The translations under genes and the position numbers were made by a program. This document shows, piece after piece, positions 1-16,629 of a stretch of DNA of 64,000 nucleotides. The notes beneath the pieces were generated by a model. The model did not search any database and was not told the DNA's origin. It was given only the letters and a program-made list of their open reading frames with translations. This stretch comes from an uncultured delta proteobacterium (GTDB taxonomy: Bacteria > Desulfobacterota > Desulfobaccia > Desulfobaccales > 0-14-0-80-60-11): assembly GCA_963709285.1 (NCBI GenBank), contig CAVPVR010000003.1, positions 160,855-224,854 of the forward strand. The letters run 5' to 3'. Positions within the stretch are counted from its first letter, which is position 1; every line of letters starts with the position of its first letter.

Positions 1-60
1 ATGGACTTTGACCAGGAGGTTGGCGTCGATGAACGGTCCCTTTTTCAGTGAACGAGCCAC
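1..60 (-). CDS. rpsS: 30S ribosomal protein S19, first 20 codons only (gene continues beyond left edge)
   Basis: The reverse complement of 1-60 reads GTG then [19 protein letters not shown], the canonical S19 N-terminus. It lies 9 nt downstream of the reconstructed rplB stop, as in S10 operons. It is too short for the ORF track. Confidence 0.8.
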   Translation of the reverse strand, partial: MARSLKKGPFIDANLLVKVH

Positions 61-69
61 GAGTTACCT

Positions 70-895
70 CTACTTCCGCCGCTTGATGATATAGCGGTCG
101 CTTTCTTTGGGCTTGCGGGTCTTGTATCCCTTGGTGGGTACGCCCCAAGGAGTAGCACGGGTGACGACCCCCCGAGACTTTTGCCTTCGCCGCCTCCCAG
201 AGGGTGGTCCACCGGGTTCATGGCGACGCCCCGGATGTGGGGTCTTCTCCCCAACCAGCGCTTGCGCCCGGCCTTGCCCAGAGAGACATTTTCGTGTTCC
301 ACGTTGCTGAGCTGGCCAATGGTGGCCCGGCAGGCCAAAGGCACGATGCGCACTTCCCCGGAGGGCAGCTTGAGTTGTGCATTTTTGCCTTCCTTGGCCA
401 TAAGCTGCACCGCTGCACCTGCGGCCCGGGCCATCTGTCCCCCTTTCAGGGGTTTCATTTCCACATTGTGAACCATAGTCCCCGCCGGGATATTGGCCAG
501 GGGCAGTGAATTACCCGGTTTGATATCCGCCTCGGCGCTGCTGATGATCTCATCTCCAACCTGCAACCCCACGGGCGCCAGGATATAGCGCTTTTCCCCG
601 TCCCGGTAATGCAGCAGGGCAATACGGGCCGAACGGTTGGGATCGTACTCGATGGAGGCTACCTTAGCGGGCACCTCGAGCTTGTCCCGTTTGAAGTCGA
701 TGCGCCGGTACAGACGCTTATGTCCGCCGCCCCGGTGCCGGGCGGTGACGCCGGCCGCGGTTGTTCCGCCCCCCTGTTTTCTTGAGGGGCTCCAGCAGGC
801 TTTTCTCCGGCTTAGTGCGGGTGATCTCGGCTAAAATCCGAGACCGTCTGGAAGCGTCGCCCCGGGGAGGTGGGTTTTCGTGATATCAGAGCCAT
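70..895 (-). pseudogene. rplB: 50S ribosomal protein L2, frame broken about 4 times by single-nt insertions as assembled
   Basis: ATG at 895 gives MALISRKPTSPGRRFQTVSDF. Frame changes near 831 and 750 lead into track ORF 45..674 ([20 protein letters not shown]...[18 protein letters not shown]). Two more shifts near 167 and 157 restore [33 protein letters not shown], ending at TAG 70-72. The span is 826 nt, which equals 274 codons plus 4 nt. Confidence 0.85.
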
Positions 896-907
896 GGTAT
901 TTACCTT

Positions 908-1374
908 TGGGCTTTAAGCTTTTGAGCTTTGAGCTTTAGCTTTAAGCTTTAAGCTTTAAGCTTTTTTATGAAATTAGTGAGCATCTGTTTTACTTCATTC
1001 GTTTCTTTATTTAGTTGTTGATACTCGTCTTGTTTTAGAAATCCCAAATCTTTGGCCAGCAATAAATGATACTCGAGCTCGCTGGCAGAGCCCCTGGCAA
1101 TCTGGAGAAATCGGGCGAAATCAGCGTCACCGTCTTTCCCGCATCCTTCAGCAATGTTGGCAGGGATAGAAGAGGAAGCCCGCCTTATCTGGCTGGTCAA
1201 CCCATATAACTCTTCCCGGGGAAACCTTTCGGTGACTTTATATATATCCAGGGTCAATAAATGACTTTTCTCCCAAACTTTTTGTTTTCTGAAATCCCGC
1301 AAATGAAGTTTCTTTTCTTATTTCTAACAACATAAAGCTTAAAGCTTACAGCTTATAGCTTATAGCTTATAGCC
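908..1374 (-). repeat. Heptamer-repeat hairpin element with ORF-bearing loop (arms 908-966 and 1333-1374)
   Basis: The left arm is tandem AAGCTTT/GAGCTTT units. The right arm is tandem AAAGCTT/ACAGCTT/ATAGCTT units, the reverse-complement unit family. The element fills the rplW-rplB spacer. The rplW stop (1367-1369) lies inside the right arm, and the left arm ends 12 nt before the rplB ATG. Confidence 0.8.
949..1302 (-). CDS. Four-helix-bundle protein of the 23S rRNA intervening-sequence protein / Avd-like family
   Basis: The 117-aa ORF has a TTG start. The stretch FPREELYGLTSQIRRASSSIPANIAEGCGK...FARFLQIARGSASELEYHLLLAKDLGFL matches the family signature as I remember it (Q-[IL]-RRA..SI..NIAEG ... 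A.GS..E). The last 5 codons (KKLKA) are encoded by the heptamer repeat itself. Confidence 0.85.
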   Translation of the reverse strand: MRDFRKQKVWEKSHLLTLDIYKVTERFPREELYGLTSQIRRASSSIPANIAEGCGKDGDADFARFLQIARGSASELEYHLLLAKDLGFLKQDEYQQLNKETNEVKQMLTNFIKKLKA

Positions 1375-1657
1375 CCTCCAACCCCGGAATCTTTTCCCCG
1401 GGTGCCAGGGTCACAATGGCCTTCTTCCAGGCGGATCGGACTCCCTCGGTACGGCCCACGGTCTTTTTTTTGCCCTTCATGTTGATGGTGTTAACCGCCA
1501 GCACCTTCACCTTGAAGAGCTCTTCAATGGCCTTACGAATCTCTACCTTGTTGGCCTTGACGTCCACCCGCAAGGACACCTTGTTTCCGGCTGCTTTCAG
1601 CATGTGGGTCTTTTCCGTGATAATGGGACCCTTGATCAGCTGATGGTGAGGCTTCAT
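1367..1657 (-). CDS. rplW: 50S ribosomal protein L23
   Basis: A 96-aa ORF (…IKGPIITEKT…VEIRKAIEELFKVKV…KKAIVTL) sits in the operon position between rplD and rplB. Its start overlaps the rplD stop (ATGA). Confidence 0.95.
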   Translation of the reverse strand: MKPHHQLIKGPIITEKTHMLKAAGNKVSLRVDVKANKVEIRKAIEELFKVKVLAVNTINMKGKKKTVGRTEGVRSAWKKAIVTLAPGEKIPGLEGL

Positions 1658-2277
1658 GACGTCAACCTCGCTTCAATAGCGGCCACCGCCGGAGAAAGAA
1701 GTACCAGATGGTCGTACCGCAGGATGTCATAGACATTCAGGCCGGCTGTTGGTAGGACCTGGACATAGGGCACATTCCGGGACGACAACTCTAAGGTTTT
1801 GTGACCCTCCAGGGTGATGAACAGAACCTTTTCCAGGTCGAAATTCTTCATCACCTGAACAAACTCTTTGGTCTTGGGGGTGGTAAATGGGTAATCCTCC
1901 AGCACCACCAGCTGCCCGTTGGCCAGCTTGCTGCTCAAGGCCATCTTCAGGGCGGCCCGCCGGACTTTTTTGGGCAGGGTGTAGGCGTAGCTCCGCGGCC
2001 TGGGACCGAAAACGGTGCCGCCGCCCCGCCAAATGGGCGTGCGGATGGAGCCCACCCGGGACCGGCCGGTGCCTTTTTGGCGCCAGGGCTTGCGACCACT
2101 GCCTGAGACTTCTCCCCGGGTCTTGGTGGAGGCATTGCCCGCCACGGCGGCAGGCCCGCTGCCACACTACCACTTCGTGGAGCAGATAGGGTTTGATCTC
2201 CACCCCAAAGATGTCCTCCTTGAGGTCCACTTCCCCCACTTTCTCCTTGTTCACGTTGTAGACGTCGACTATGCCAT
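1654..2277 (-). pseudogene. rplD: 50S ribosomal protein L4, at least one frameshift as assembled; start uncertain
   Basis: Track ORF 1727..2254 gives [33 protein letters not shown]. It continues in ORF 1654..2145 as [42 protein letters not shown]. An extra G near 2143 separates the two. The ATG at 2277 is out of frame with [11 protein letters not shown], while the GTG at 2254 is in frame. Confidence 0.85.
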
Positions 2278-2281
2278 GATA

Positions 2282-2908
2282 TTACCCGACCTTCTGGATG
2301 AACAGCAGACCCCGCCTGGGGCCGGGCACCGCTCCTTTCACCAGGAGGAGATTGTCTTCCGGACGAATGTCGATGACTTCCAGGTTTTTCACGGTCACCC
2401 GAGCATTCCCCATGTGCCCCGGCATCTTCTTGCCTTTGACGACCCGGGAGGGGGTGGCGCTGGCGCCGATGGACCCCGGAGCCCGGTGGGACATGGAGCC
2501 GTGGGTCATGGGGCCGATACGGAAACCCCAACGTTTGACTGTGCCGGTAAAGCCCCGGCCCTTGGAGGTCCCCGTCACGGTGAGCCGATCACCGATGGCG
2601 AACTGCTCCACCGTGATTTCCTGGCCGTTTTCAAAGGCCTCGACGTTTTCCACCCTCAGCTCTTTGAGACAGGCAAAACCGCTTTTGCTGCCCTGCTTTT
2701 CCAAGTGCCCCCGCTCGGGCTTGTTAAACTTTTCCAGGGGCCGCCGCTCATATCCTACCTGCAGGGCTTCGTAGCCATCCTTGGCGCTGGACTTTTTTTG
2801 CACCACGAAGCAAGGGCCCGCTTCGATGACCGTTACCGGCACCACTACCCCATTTTCCTCAAAGATACGGGTCATGCCGAGTTTTCTACCGAATATCCCG
2901 CCAGGCAT
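2282..2908 (-). CDS. rplC: 50S ribosomal protein L3
   Basis: An intact 208-aa ORF ([16 protein letters not shown]…[13 protein letters not shown]…) sits in the expected operon position. Confidence 0.95.
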   Translation of the reverse strand: MPGGIFGRKLGMTRIFEENGVVVPVTVIEAGPCFVVQKKSSAKDGYEALQVGYERRPLEKFNKPERGHLEKQGSKSGFACLKELRVENVEAFENGQEITVEQFAIGDRLTVTGTSKGRGFTGTVKRWGFRIGPMTHGSMSHRAPGSIGASATPSRVVKGKKMPGHMGNARVTVKNLEVIDIRPEDNLLLVKGAVPGPRRGLLFIQKVG

Positions 2909-2921
2909 TTTTTCTCCAAGT

Positions 2922-3022
2922 CCAGTTACCAGTCACCAGAAAACTATGTGAACCAAGTAGTTACTGATCTCTGGTCACTGGTTACTGGTTACTGGTTACT
3001 GATCACTGATCACTGGCCACTG
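2922..3022 (-). repeat. Heptamer-repeat hairpin element (arms 2922-2939 and about 2962-3022)
   Basis: CCAGTTA CCAGTCA CCAG opposes about 9 tandem ACTGGTT/ACTGATC units. Hand pairing of 2922-2939 with 2971-2988 gives 16 of 18 Watson-Crick pairs. The element abuts the rpsJ stop (3023-3025) and ends 13 nt before the rplC ATG, just upstream of its GGAG. Confidence 0.8.
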
Positions 3023-3334
3023 TTAAACTCTAATCTCCACGTCCACCCCCGCGGCCAGGTCCAACTTGCTGATGGCGTCCATGGTCTGTTGGGTGGGCTC
3101 GAGGATGTCCAGCAAACGTTTGTAGGTCCGGATCTCGAACTGCTCCCGGGACTTCTTGTCGATGTGGGGCGAGCGCAGCACGCAATACTTGTTGATTTCC
3201 GTGGGCAACGGAATGGGGCCGGCCACCCGGGCCCCGGTGGACCGGGCCGTCTCCACGATCTCCTGCACCGACTTGTCAAGGAGCTTGTGGTCATAGGACC
3301 GCAAGCGGATGCGTATCTTGGGGGTGATCATCAT
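3023..3334 (-). CDS. rpsJ: 30S ribosomal protein S10
   Basis: The C-terminal 103 aa of track ORF 3023..3769 read [23 protein letters not shown]…[30 protein letters not shown] lies at 3329-3334. The upstream part of the track ORF is read-through into tuf antisense frames. Confidence 0.93.
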   Translation of the reverse strand: MMITPKIRIRLRSYDHKLLDKSVQEIVETARSTGARVAGPIPLPTEINKYCVLRSPHIDKKSREQFEIRTYKRLLDILEPTQQTMDAISKLDLAAGVDVEIRV

Positions 3335-3347
3335 ATACGGCCCGCTC

Positions 3348-4546
3348 CTACTCGATAATATCGCTGACCACACCAGCGCCCACGGTGCGGCCACCTTCCC
3401 GGATGGCGAAGCGCAGCTCTTTTTCGATGGCCACCGGGGTGATCGAGGTGCACCTCCATGGAAACATTGTCCCCCGGCATCACCATCTCCACCCCGTCGG
3501 GCAGCTTCACCACACCGGTGACGTCCGTGGTCCTCAGGTAAAACTGCGGCCGGTAGCCCGTGAAAAACGGCGTGTGCCGACCCCCCTCTTCCTTGGTCAA
3601 AATGTAGACCTCGGCCTGAAACTTGGTGTGGGGCGTGATCGACCCGGGCTTGGCCACCACCTGGCCCCGCTCCACTTCGTCCTTCTTGATGCCCCGCAGC
3701 AACAGACCCACGTTGTCCCCGGCCAGACCCGTGTCCAGGGTCTTCCGAAACATCTCCACCCCGGTGCACACCGTCTTCTGGGTGGGGGCAAAGCCCACAA
3801 TCTCCACTTCATCGCCGATCTTGACACCGGCCCCGCTCGGCCCGGCCCGTCACCACCGTGCCCCGGCCCGAGATGGAAAACACGTCCTCGATGGGCATCA
3901 TAAAGGGCTTGTCCATGTCCCGCAGCGGCTCCGGAATGTAGGTGTCCAGGGCCTCCATGAGCTCGAACACCGGCTTCGCCTCCTGGGCTCTGGAAATCGT
4001 CCGACTCCAACGCCTTGAGGGCACTGCCCCTTGATGATGGGGATGTCGTCCCCCGGAAAATCGTACTTGCTCAAGAGCTCCCTGAGCTCCAGCTCCACCA
4101 GCTCGATGAGCTCCGGGTCGTCCACCATGTCCACCTTGTTCAAAAACACCACAATGTAGGGCACCCCCACCTGCCGGGCCAGCAAAATGTGCTCCCGGGT
4201 CTGAGGCATGGGACCGTCGTCCGCCCCCACCACCAGGATGGCCCCGTCCATCTGGGCCGCCCCGGTGATCATGTTCTTGATGTAGTCGGCGTGCCCCGGA
4301 CAGTCCACGTGGGCGTAATGCCGATTGTCGGTCTCGTACTCCACGTGGGCCAAGGCAATGGTGATGCCCCGCTCTTTTTCCTCCGGGGCCTTGTCGATCT
4401 CGTCGAAGGGGATGTAGACTGGCCATGCCCTTCTTGGCCAAATGCTTGGTGATGGCCGCGGTCAGGGTCGTCTTGCCGTGGTCTATGTGACCAATCGTCC
4501 CTACATTCACGTGCGGCTTCGTGCGCTCAAACTTCTTCTTGGCCAT
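3348..4546 (-). pseudogene. tuf: Elongation factor Tu, copy 1, with five single-nt insertions relative to copy 2
   Basis: Base-by-base comparison with the intact copy at 20086-21279 finds extra bases at 3444, about 3826-3831, about 3982, 4026 and 4417. The span is 1199 nt against 1194 nt. The fragments appear in track ORFs 3331..3807, 3898..4353 and 3809..4816 ([27 protein letters not shown]). Confidence 0.9.
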
Positions 4547-4574
4547 GGAGCATTCCTCCCAAAGATGTGCGGGG

Positions 4575-6667
4575 TCAGGCCCGCGCCTGTCGCCGGCCCA
4601 ATATCTCTTCCGCCAAGGCGGCGGAAACAGGTTCGTAATGGTCAAACTGCATGGTAAAGGTGGCCCGCCCCTGGGTGGCGCTTCTGAGCACCGTGGCGTA
4701 GCCGAACATGGTGGCCAGAGGTACCAGGGCCTGAATGGTCTGGATGGTTCCCCGGCTCTCCAGGCCGGTAATGCGACCCCGCCGGGCGTTGATCTCACCC
4801 ATGACCTCACCCACAAATTCTTCCGGGGTCACCACTTCCAGGTCCATGACCGGCTCCAGGAGCACGGGCCGGGCCTGGCGGGCCGCCTTCTTTGAAGCCC
4901 ATGGACCCGGCGATCTGAAAGGCCCGCTCCGAGGAGTCCACTTCGTGGTAGGAGCCGTCCACCAGAGCGATATCCAGGACGTCCACCATAGGGTAGCCCA
5001 TGATACCGGTGCCGGCCGCCTCTCGCACGCCCCGCTCCACCGCCGGGATGATATTCCTTGGGCACCGCTCCGCCCACGATTTTGTTTTCGAAAGATCACC
5101 CCGCTGCCGGCCGGCAGGGGCTCCACGGTCAAGCCAGACGTGACCATACTGGCCCCGGCCGCCGCTCTGGCGGACAAAGCGCCCTTCGGCGCGGGCGGCG
5201 TCGGTGATGGTTTCCCGATAGGACACCTGGGGCCGCCCCCTGCGGGCGTCCACCTTGAACTCCCGGGTCAGGCGGTCCACGATGATCTCGAGGTGCAATT
5301 CCCCCATCCCGGAGATAATGGTCTCCCCGGTATCCGTGTCGGTCTGCACTCTGAAAGAGGGGTCCTCAGCGGCGATGCGGGACAGACGCCATGCCCCAGC
5401 TTGTCCTGGTCCGCCTTGGTCTTCGGCTCGATGGCAATGTCAATCACCGGTTGGGGAATCCACAGGTTTTCCAGGGTGATGGGATCACGTTCGTCGCACA
5501 GGGTGTCCCCGGTGGTGGTATGGCGCAGACCCACGGCGGCGACGATATCCCCGGCGATAGGCCTCGGCGATTTCTTCCCGCTTGTTGGCGTGCATCTTGA
5601 GGAGCCGGCCGATGCGCTCCTTGGTGCCCTTGGTGGCGTTCAAGACGGCCGAGCCTGATTTCAAGACTCCGGAGTACAGCCGTAAGAAAGGTGAGATGTC
5701 CCACGTAGGGGTCGCTCAGAAGTTTGAAGGCCAGGACCGAGAGGGGCGCCGTCCATCCGTGGCCGGCCGCTCCACAATCTCCCCTTTGGGGTCAACCCCC
5801 TTGACCGGCGGTTTGTCCTCGGGGGAGGGGAGGTAGTCCACCACCGCATCCAGCAAGGGCTGCACTCCCTTTATTTTTGAAGGCCGAGCCGCACAGGGTG
5901 GGGACGAGCTGCAGCTTGATGGTGCCCTGGCGCAGGGCCTGCTGGATCATCTCAGGAGACACCGCTTTGTCCGCCAGATAGCGCTCCATGATGTCGTCGT
6001 CCACTTCGGCCAGGGCCTCCAGCATCTTCCCCCGGTGGGTCAGAGCCAATTCCTGGTAATCCGCCGGAATGTCACCAATATCATATTCCAAACCCTGGGT
6101 CGTTTCCTGGTAGACCAGGGCCTGCATGGCGATTAGGTCGATAACCCCCTGGAAACGGTCTTCCTCTCCCAGGGGCAACTGCACCAGCACCGGGTTGGCG
6201 TTGAGGCGCTCCCGCATCATGTCCAGGCAGCGAAAGAGGTCGGCACCCACCCGGTCCATCTTGTTGACGAAGGCGAGGCGGGGCACCCCGTAGCGGTCGG
6301 CCTGGCGCCACACCGTTTCCGACTGAGGTTCCACCCCGCCCACTGCGTCAAAGAGGGCTACCACCCCGTCCAGGACCCGAAGGCTTCGTTCCACCTCGAT
6401 GGTGAAGTCCACATGCCCCGGCGTGTCAATGATGTTGACGCGGTGGTCCCGCCAAAAGCAGGTGGTGGCGGCGCTGGTAATGGTGATGCCCCGTTCCTGC
6501 TCTTGCACCATCCAGTCCATAACGGCCTGGCCGTCATGCACCTCACCCATCCGGTGGGTGACCCCGGTGTAGAACAGGACGCGTTCCGTGGTCGTGGTTT
6601 TACCGGCGTCAATGTGCGCCATAAAACCAATATTACGGACACGGGACAGGGGCGTAATTCTGGGCAC
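4575..6667 (-). pseudogene. fusA: Elongation factor G, frame broken about 10-11 times as assembled
   Basis: The N-terminus (GTG at 6667) reads [24 protein letters not shown]…[10 protein letters not shown]. The remainder is recoverable only by hopping frames near 5866, 5750 (2 nt), 5683, 5556, 5393, 5386, 5130, 5084, 5050 and 4888. The pieces lie in track ORFs 5444..5704, 5268..5534, 4807..5349, 4829..5077 and 4575..5177. The C-terminus …[20 protein letters not shown] is intact. Confidence 0.9.
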
Positions 6668-6673
6668 GATAAC

Positions 6674-7144
6674 TTACCAACGATAGTGGGCGAAGGCCTT
6701 GTTGGCCTCGGCCATCTTGTGGGTGTCTTCCCGTTTTTTGATGGCGCCGCCCCGGTTCTGGGAGGCGTCGATAAACTCTCCGGCCAGCTTGACTTCCAGG
6801 GACTTGTCGGCCCGACCCCTGGCAAAGCCAATGAGCCAGCGAATGGCCAGGGAAATGCGCCGGTCCTGCCGGACCTCCACCGGTACCTGATAGGTGGCGC
6901 CGCCCACCCGCCGGGACTTCACCTCGATCATGGGCTTGACGTTGTCCATGGCCTGATGGAAGACCTTCAGGGGGTCCTCCTTGGTGCGCTGGCCCACGAT
7001 GTCCAGGGCGTTGTAGAAGACGCGCTGGGCCGTGCTCTTTTTCCCCTTGCGCATCAGGCCGTTGATGAAGCGGCTCACCAGGGGGTCGTGGTGTTTCAGA
7101 TCCGGTAAAATGGGCCTTTTGACCACTCCACCTTTTCTGGGCAT
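6674..7144 (-). CDS. rpsG: 30S ribosomal protein S7
   Basis: An intact 156-aa ORF ([15 protein letters not shown]…[15 protein letters not shown]…[10 protein letters not shown]). Confidence 0.95.
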   Translation of the reverse strand: MPRKGGVVKRPILPDLKHHDPLVSRFINGLMRKGKKSTAQRVFYNALDIVGQRTKEDPLKVFHQAMDNVKPMIEVKSRRVGGATYQVPVEVRQDRRISLAIRWLIGFARGRADKSLEVKLAGEFIDASQNRGGAIKKREDTHKMAEANKAFAHYRW

Positions 7145-7160
7145 TTTTTACTCCGTTTAA

Positions 7161-7240
7161 TTCAAAGGTAAAGCTCAAGGTCTGGCGTGCAAAGATTCAT
7201 CTTTCCAACTTTGCACTTTGAACCTTGAACTTTGAACTTA
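7161..7240 (-). repeat. Heptamer-repeat element (arms 7161-7181 and 7207-7240)
   Basis: Five tandem AACTTTG/CACTTTG/AACCTTG units end in the rpsL stop (7238-7240). The opposite arm TTCAAAGGTAAAGCTCAAGGT is only partly complementary. The element ends 16 nt before the rpsG ATG, upstream of its GGAG. Confidence 0.7.
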
Positions 7241-7609
7241 CTTGGGCCTTTTCGCCCCGTACTTGGAGCGCCCTCGACGGCGGTCCTGGACCCCTGAGGC
7301 GTCCAAGGTACCCCGCACCACGTGGTAGCGCACCCCCGGCAGGTCTTTCACCCGGCCCCCCCGGATGAGCACCACCGAGTGCTCCTGGAGGTTATGCCCC
7401 ACCCCGGGAATGTAGGTGGTCACCTCGATGCCGTTGGTGAGGCGCACCCGGGCCACCTTGCGCAAAGCCGAGTTAGGCTTCTTGGGGGTGGTGGTATAAA
7501 CCCGGACACACACCCCCCGCTTCTGGGGACAGCTCTGCAGAGCCGGCGAGGCCGTGCGCTTTTTCTGTTTTTCCCTGCCCTTACGGATCAGTTGGTTTAT
7601 GGTCGGCAT
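7238..7609 (-). CDS. rpsL: 30S ribosomal protein S12
   Basis: [14 protein letters not shown]…[17 protein letters not shown]… starts at the ATG at 7607-7609, preceded by GGAG. The track ORF extends 10 codons further upstream from an alternative start. Confidence 0.95.
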   Translation of the reverse strand: MPTINQLIRKGREKQKKRTASPALQSCPQKRGVCVRVYTTTPKKPNSALRKVARVRLTNGIEVTTYIPGVGHNLQEHSVVLIRGGRVKDLPGVRYHVVRGTLDASGVQDRRRGRSKYGAKRPK

Positions 7610-7651
7610 AGCTTCTCCGGCCCGGTCGTCAGAGGCCACTGAAAATTTTTA

Positions 7652-7680
7652 TTTATAAATTTTTTTTCTTTTAGTGTCAA
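7652..7680 (-). promoter_or_regulatory. Sigma70-type promoter for rpsL-rpsG-fusA
   Basis: The minus strand reads TTGACA (7680-7675), then 17 nt, then TATAAA (7657-7652). It sits in an AT-rich 46-nt gap between the rpoC stop and rpsL. Confidence 0.55.
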
Positions 7681-7685
7681 GCTTT

Positions 7686-11915
<4,230 letters not shown>

Positions 11916-11918
11916 AAT

Positions 11919-16100
<4,182 letters not shown>

Positions 16101-16134
16101 GGGTACTCCTTGCAAGACGGTTAGTTTAGTCCTG

Positions 16135-16521
16135 CTACTTGATCTCGACTGTGGCTCCCTGGTCTTCCAGCTTCTTCTTGATCTCTTCGGCTTCCGCCTT
16201 GGAGATGGCTTCCTTAACGGTGGTGGGCACGTTCTCCACGGCCTCCTTGGCTTCCTTGAGGCCCAAACTGGTGATGGCCCGGACTTCCTTAATGACCTGA
16301 ATCTTGTTGGCCCCACAGACGGTCAGGACCACGTCGAACTCGGTCTGTTCCTCCTCCACCGGGGCTGCCGCAGCCGCCGTCGGCACCGCCGCCGCGGCCA
16401 TCGCCACCGGCGCTGCGGCCGATACGCCAAATTTCTCTTCCAACTCCTTGATGAGCTGGGAGAGCTCCAGCACCGTCATGTTGGCCAGGCTGTCAATAAG
16501 CTCCTGACGTGAAATAGACAT
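16135..16521 (-). CDS. rplL: 50S ribosomal protein L7/L12
   Basis: A 128-aa ORF reading [33 protein letters not shown]…, with an Ala/Pro hinge, ending …LKEAKEAVE…[13 protein letters not shown]. Confidence 0.96.
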   Translation of the reverse strand: MSISRQELIDSLANMTVLELSQLIKELEEKFGVSAAAPVAMAAAAVPTAAAAAPVEEEQTEFDVVLTVCGANKIQVIKEVRAITSLGLKEAKEAVENVPTTVKEAISKAEAEEIKKKLEDQGATVEIK

Positions 16522-16629
16522 TTCATTTCCTCCTTCTTTACGCGGTCAGCCGGCTGCACGCGCAGTCAGCCGGTTATTACCTGCGGCTTCCCGGGGTGAC
16601 CCGGAAAGCGTAGTTCCGGTGATATTCTC

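Noticed and set aside
3348-6667. Reading tuf copy 1 and fusA as genuinely dead pseudogenes.
   Set aside because: The disruptions are indel-only. The encoded fragments keep every motif I can check, and tuf substitutions versus the paralog are mostly synonymous. That pattern fits sequence error better than decay. I report them as pseudogene only in the as-assembled sense and flag the question as open.
70-6667. Impression that every inserted base sits exactly at a codon boundary, which would hint at a non-random or engineered origin.
   Set aside because: In nearly every case, removing the neighbouring third-position base instead gives a synonymous codon. The position is therefore ambiguous and the apparent bias cannot be established by eye.
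16101-16316. A 72-codon N-terminal extension of the rpoB ORF in the track.
   Set aside because: It overlaps rplL in another frame and is R/P/S-rich nonsense. The canonical [18 protein letters not shown] start with an ATG lies at 16100.
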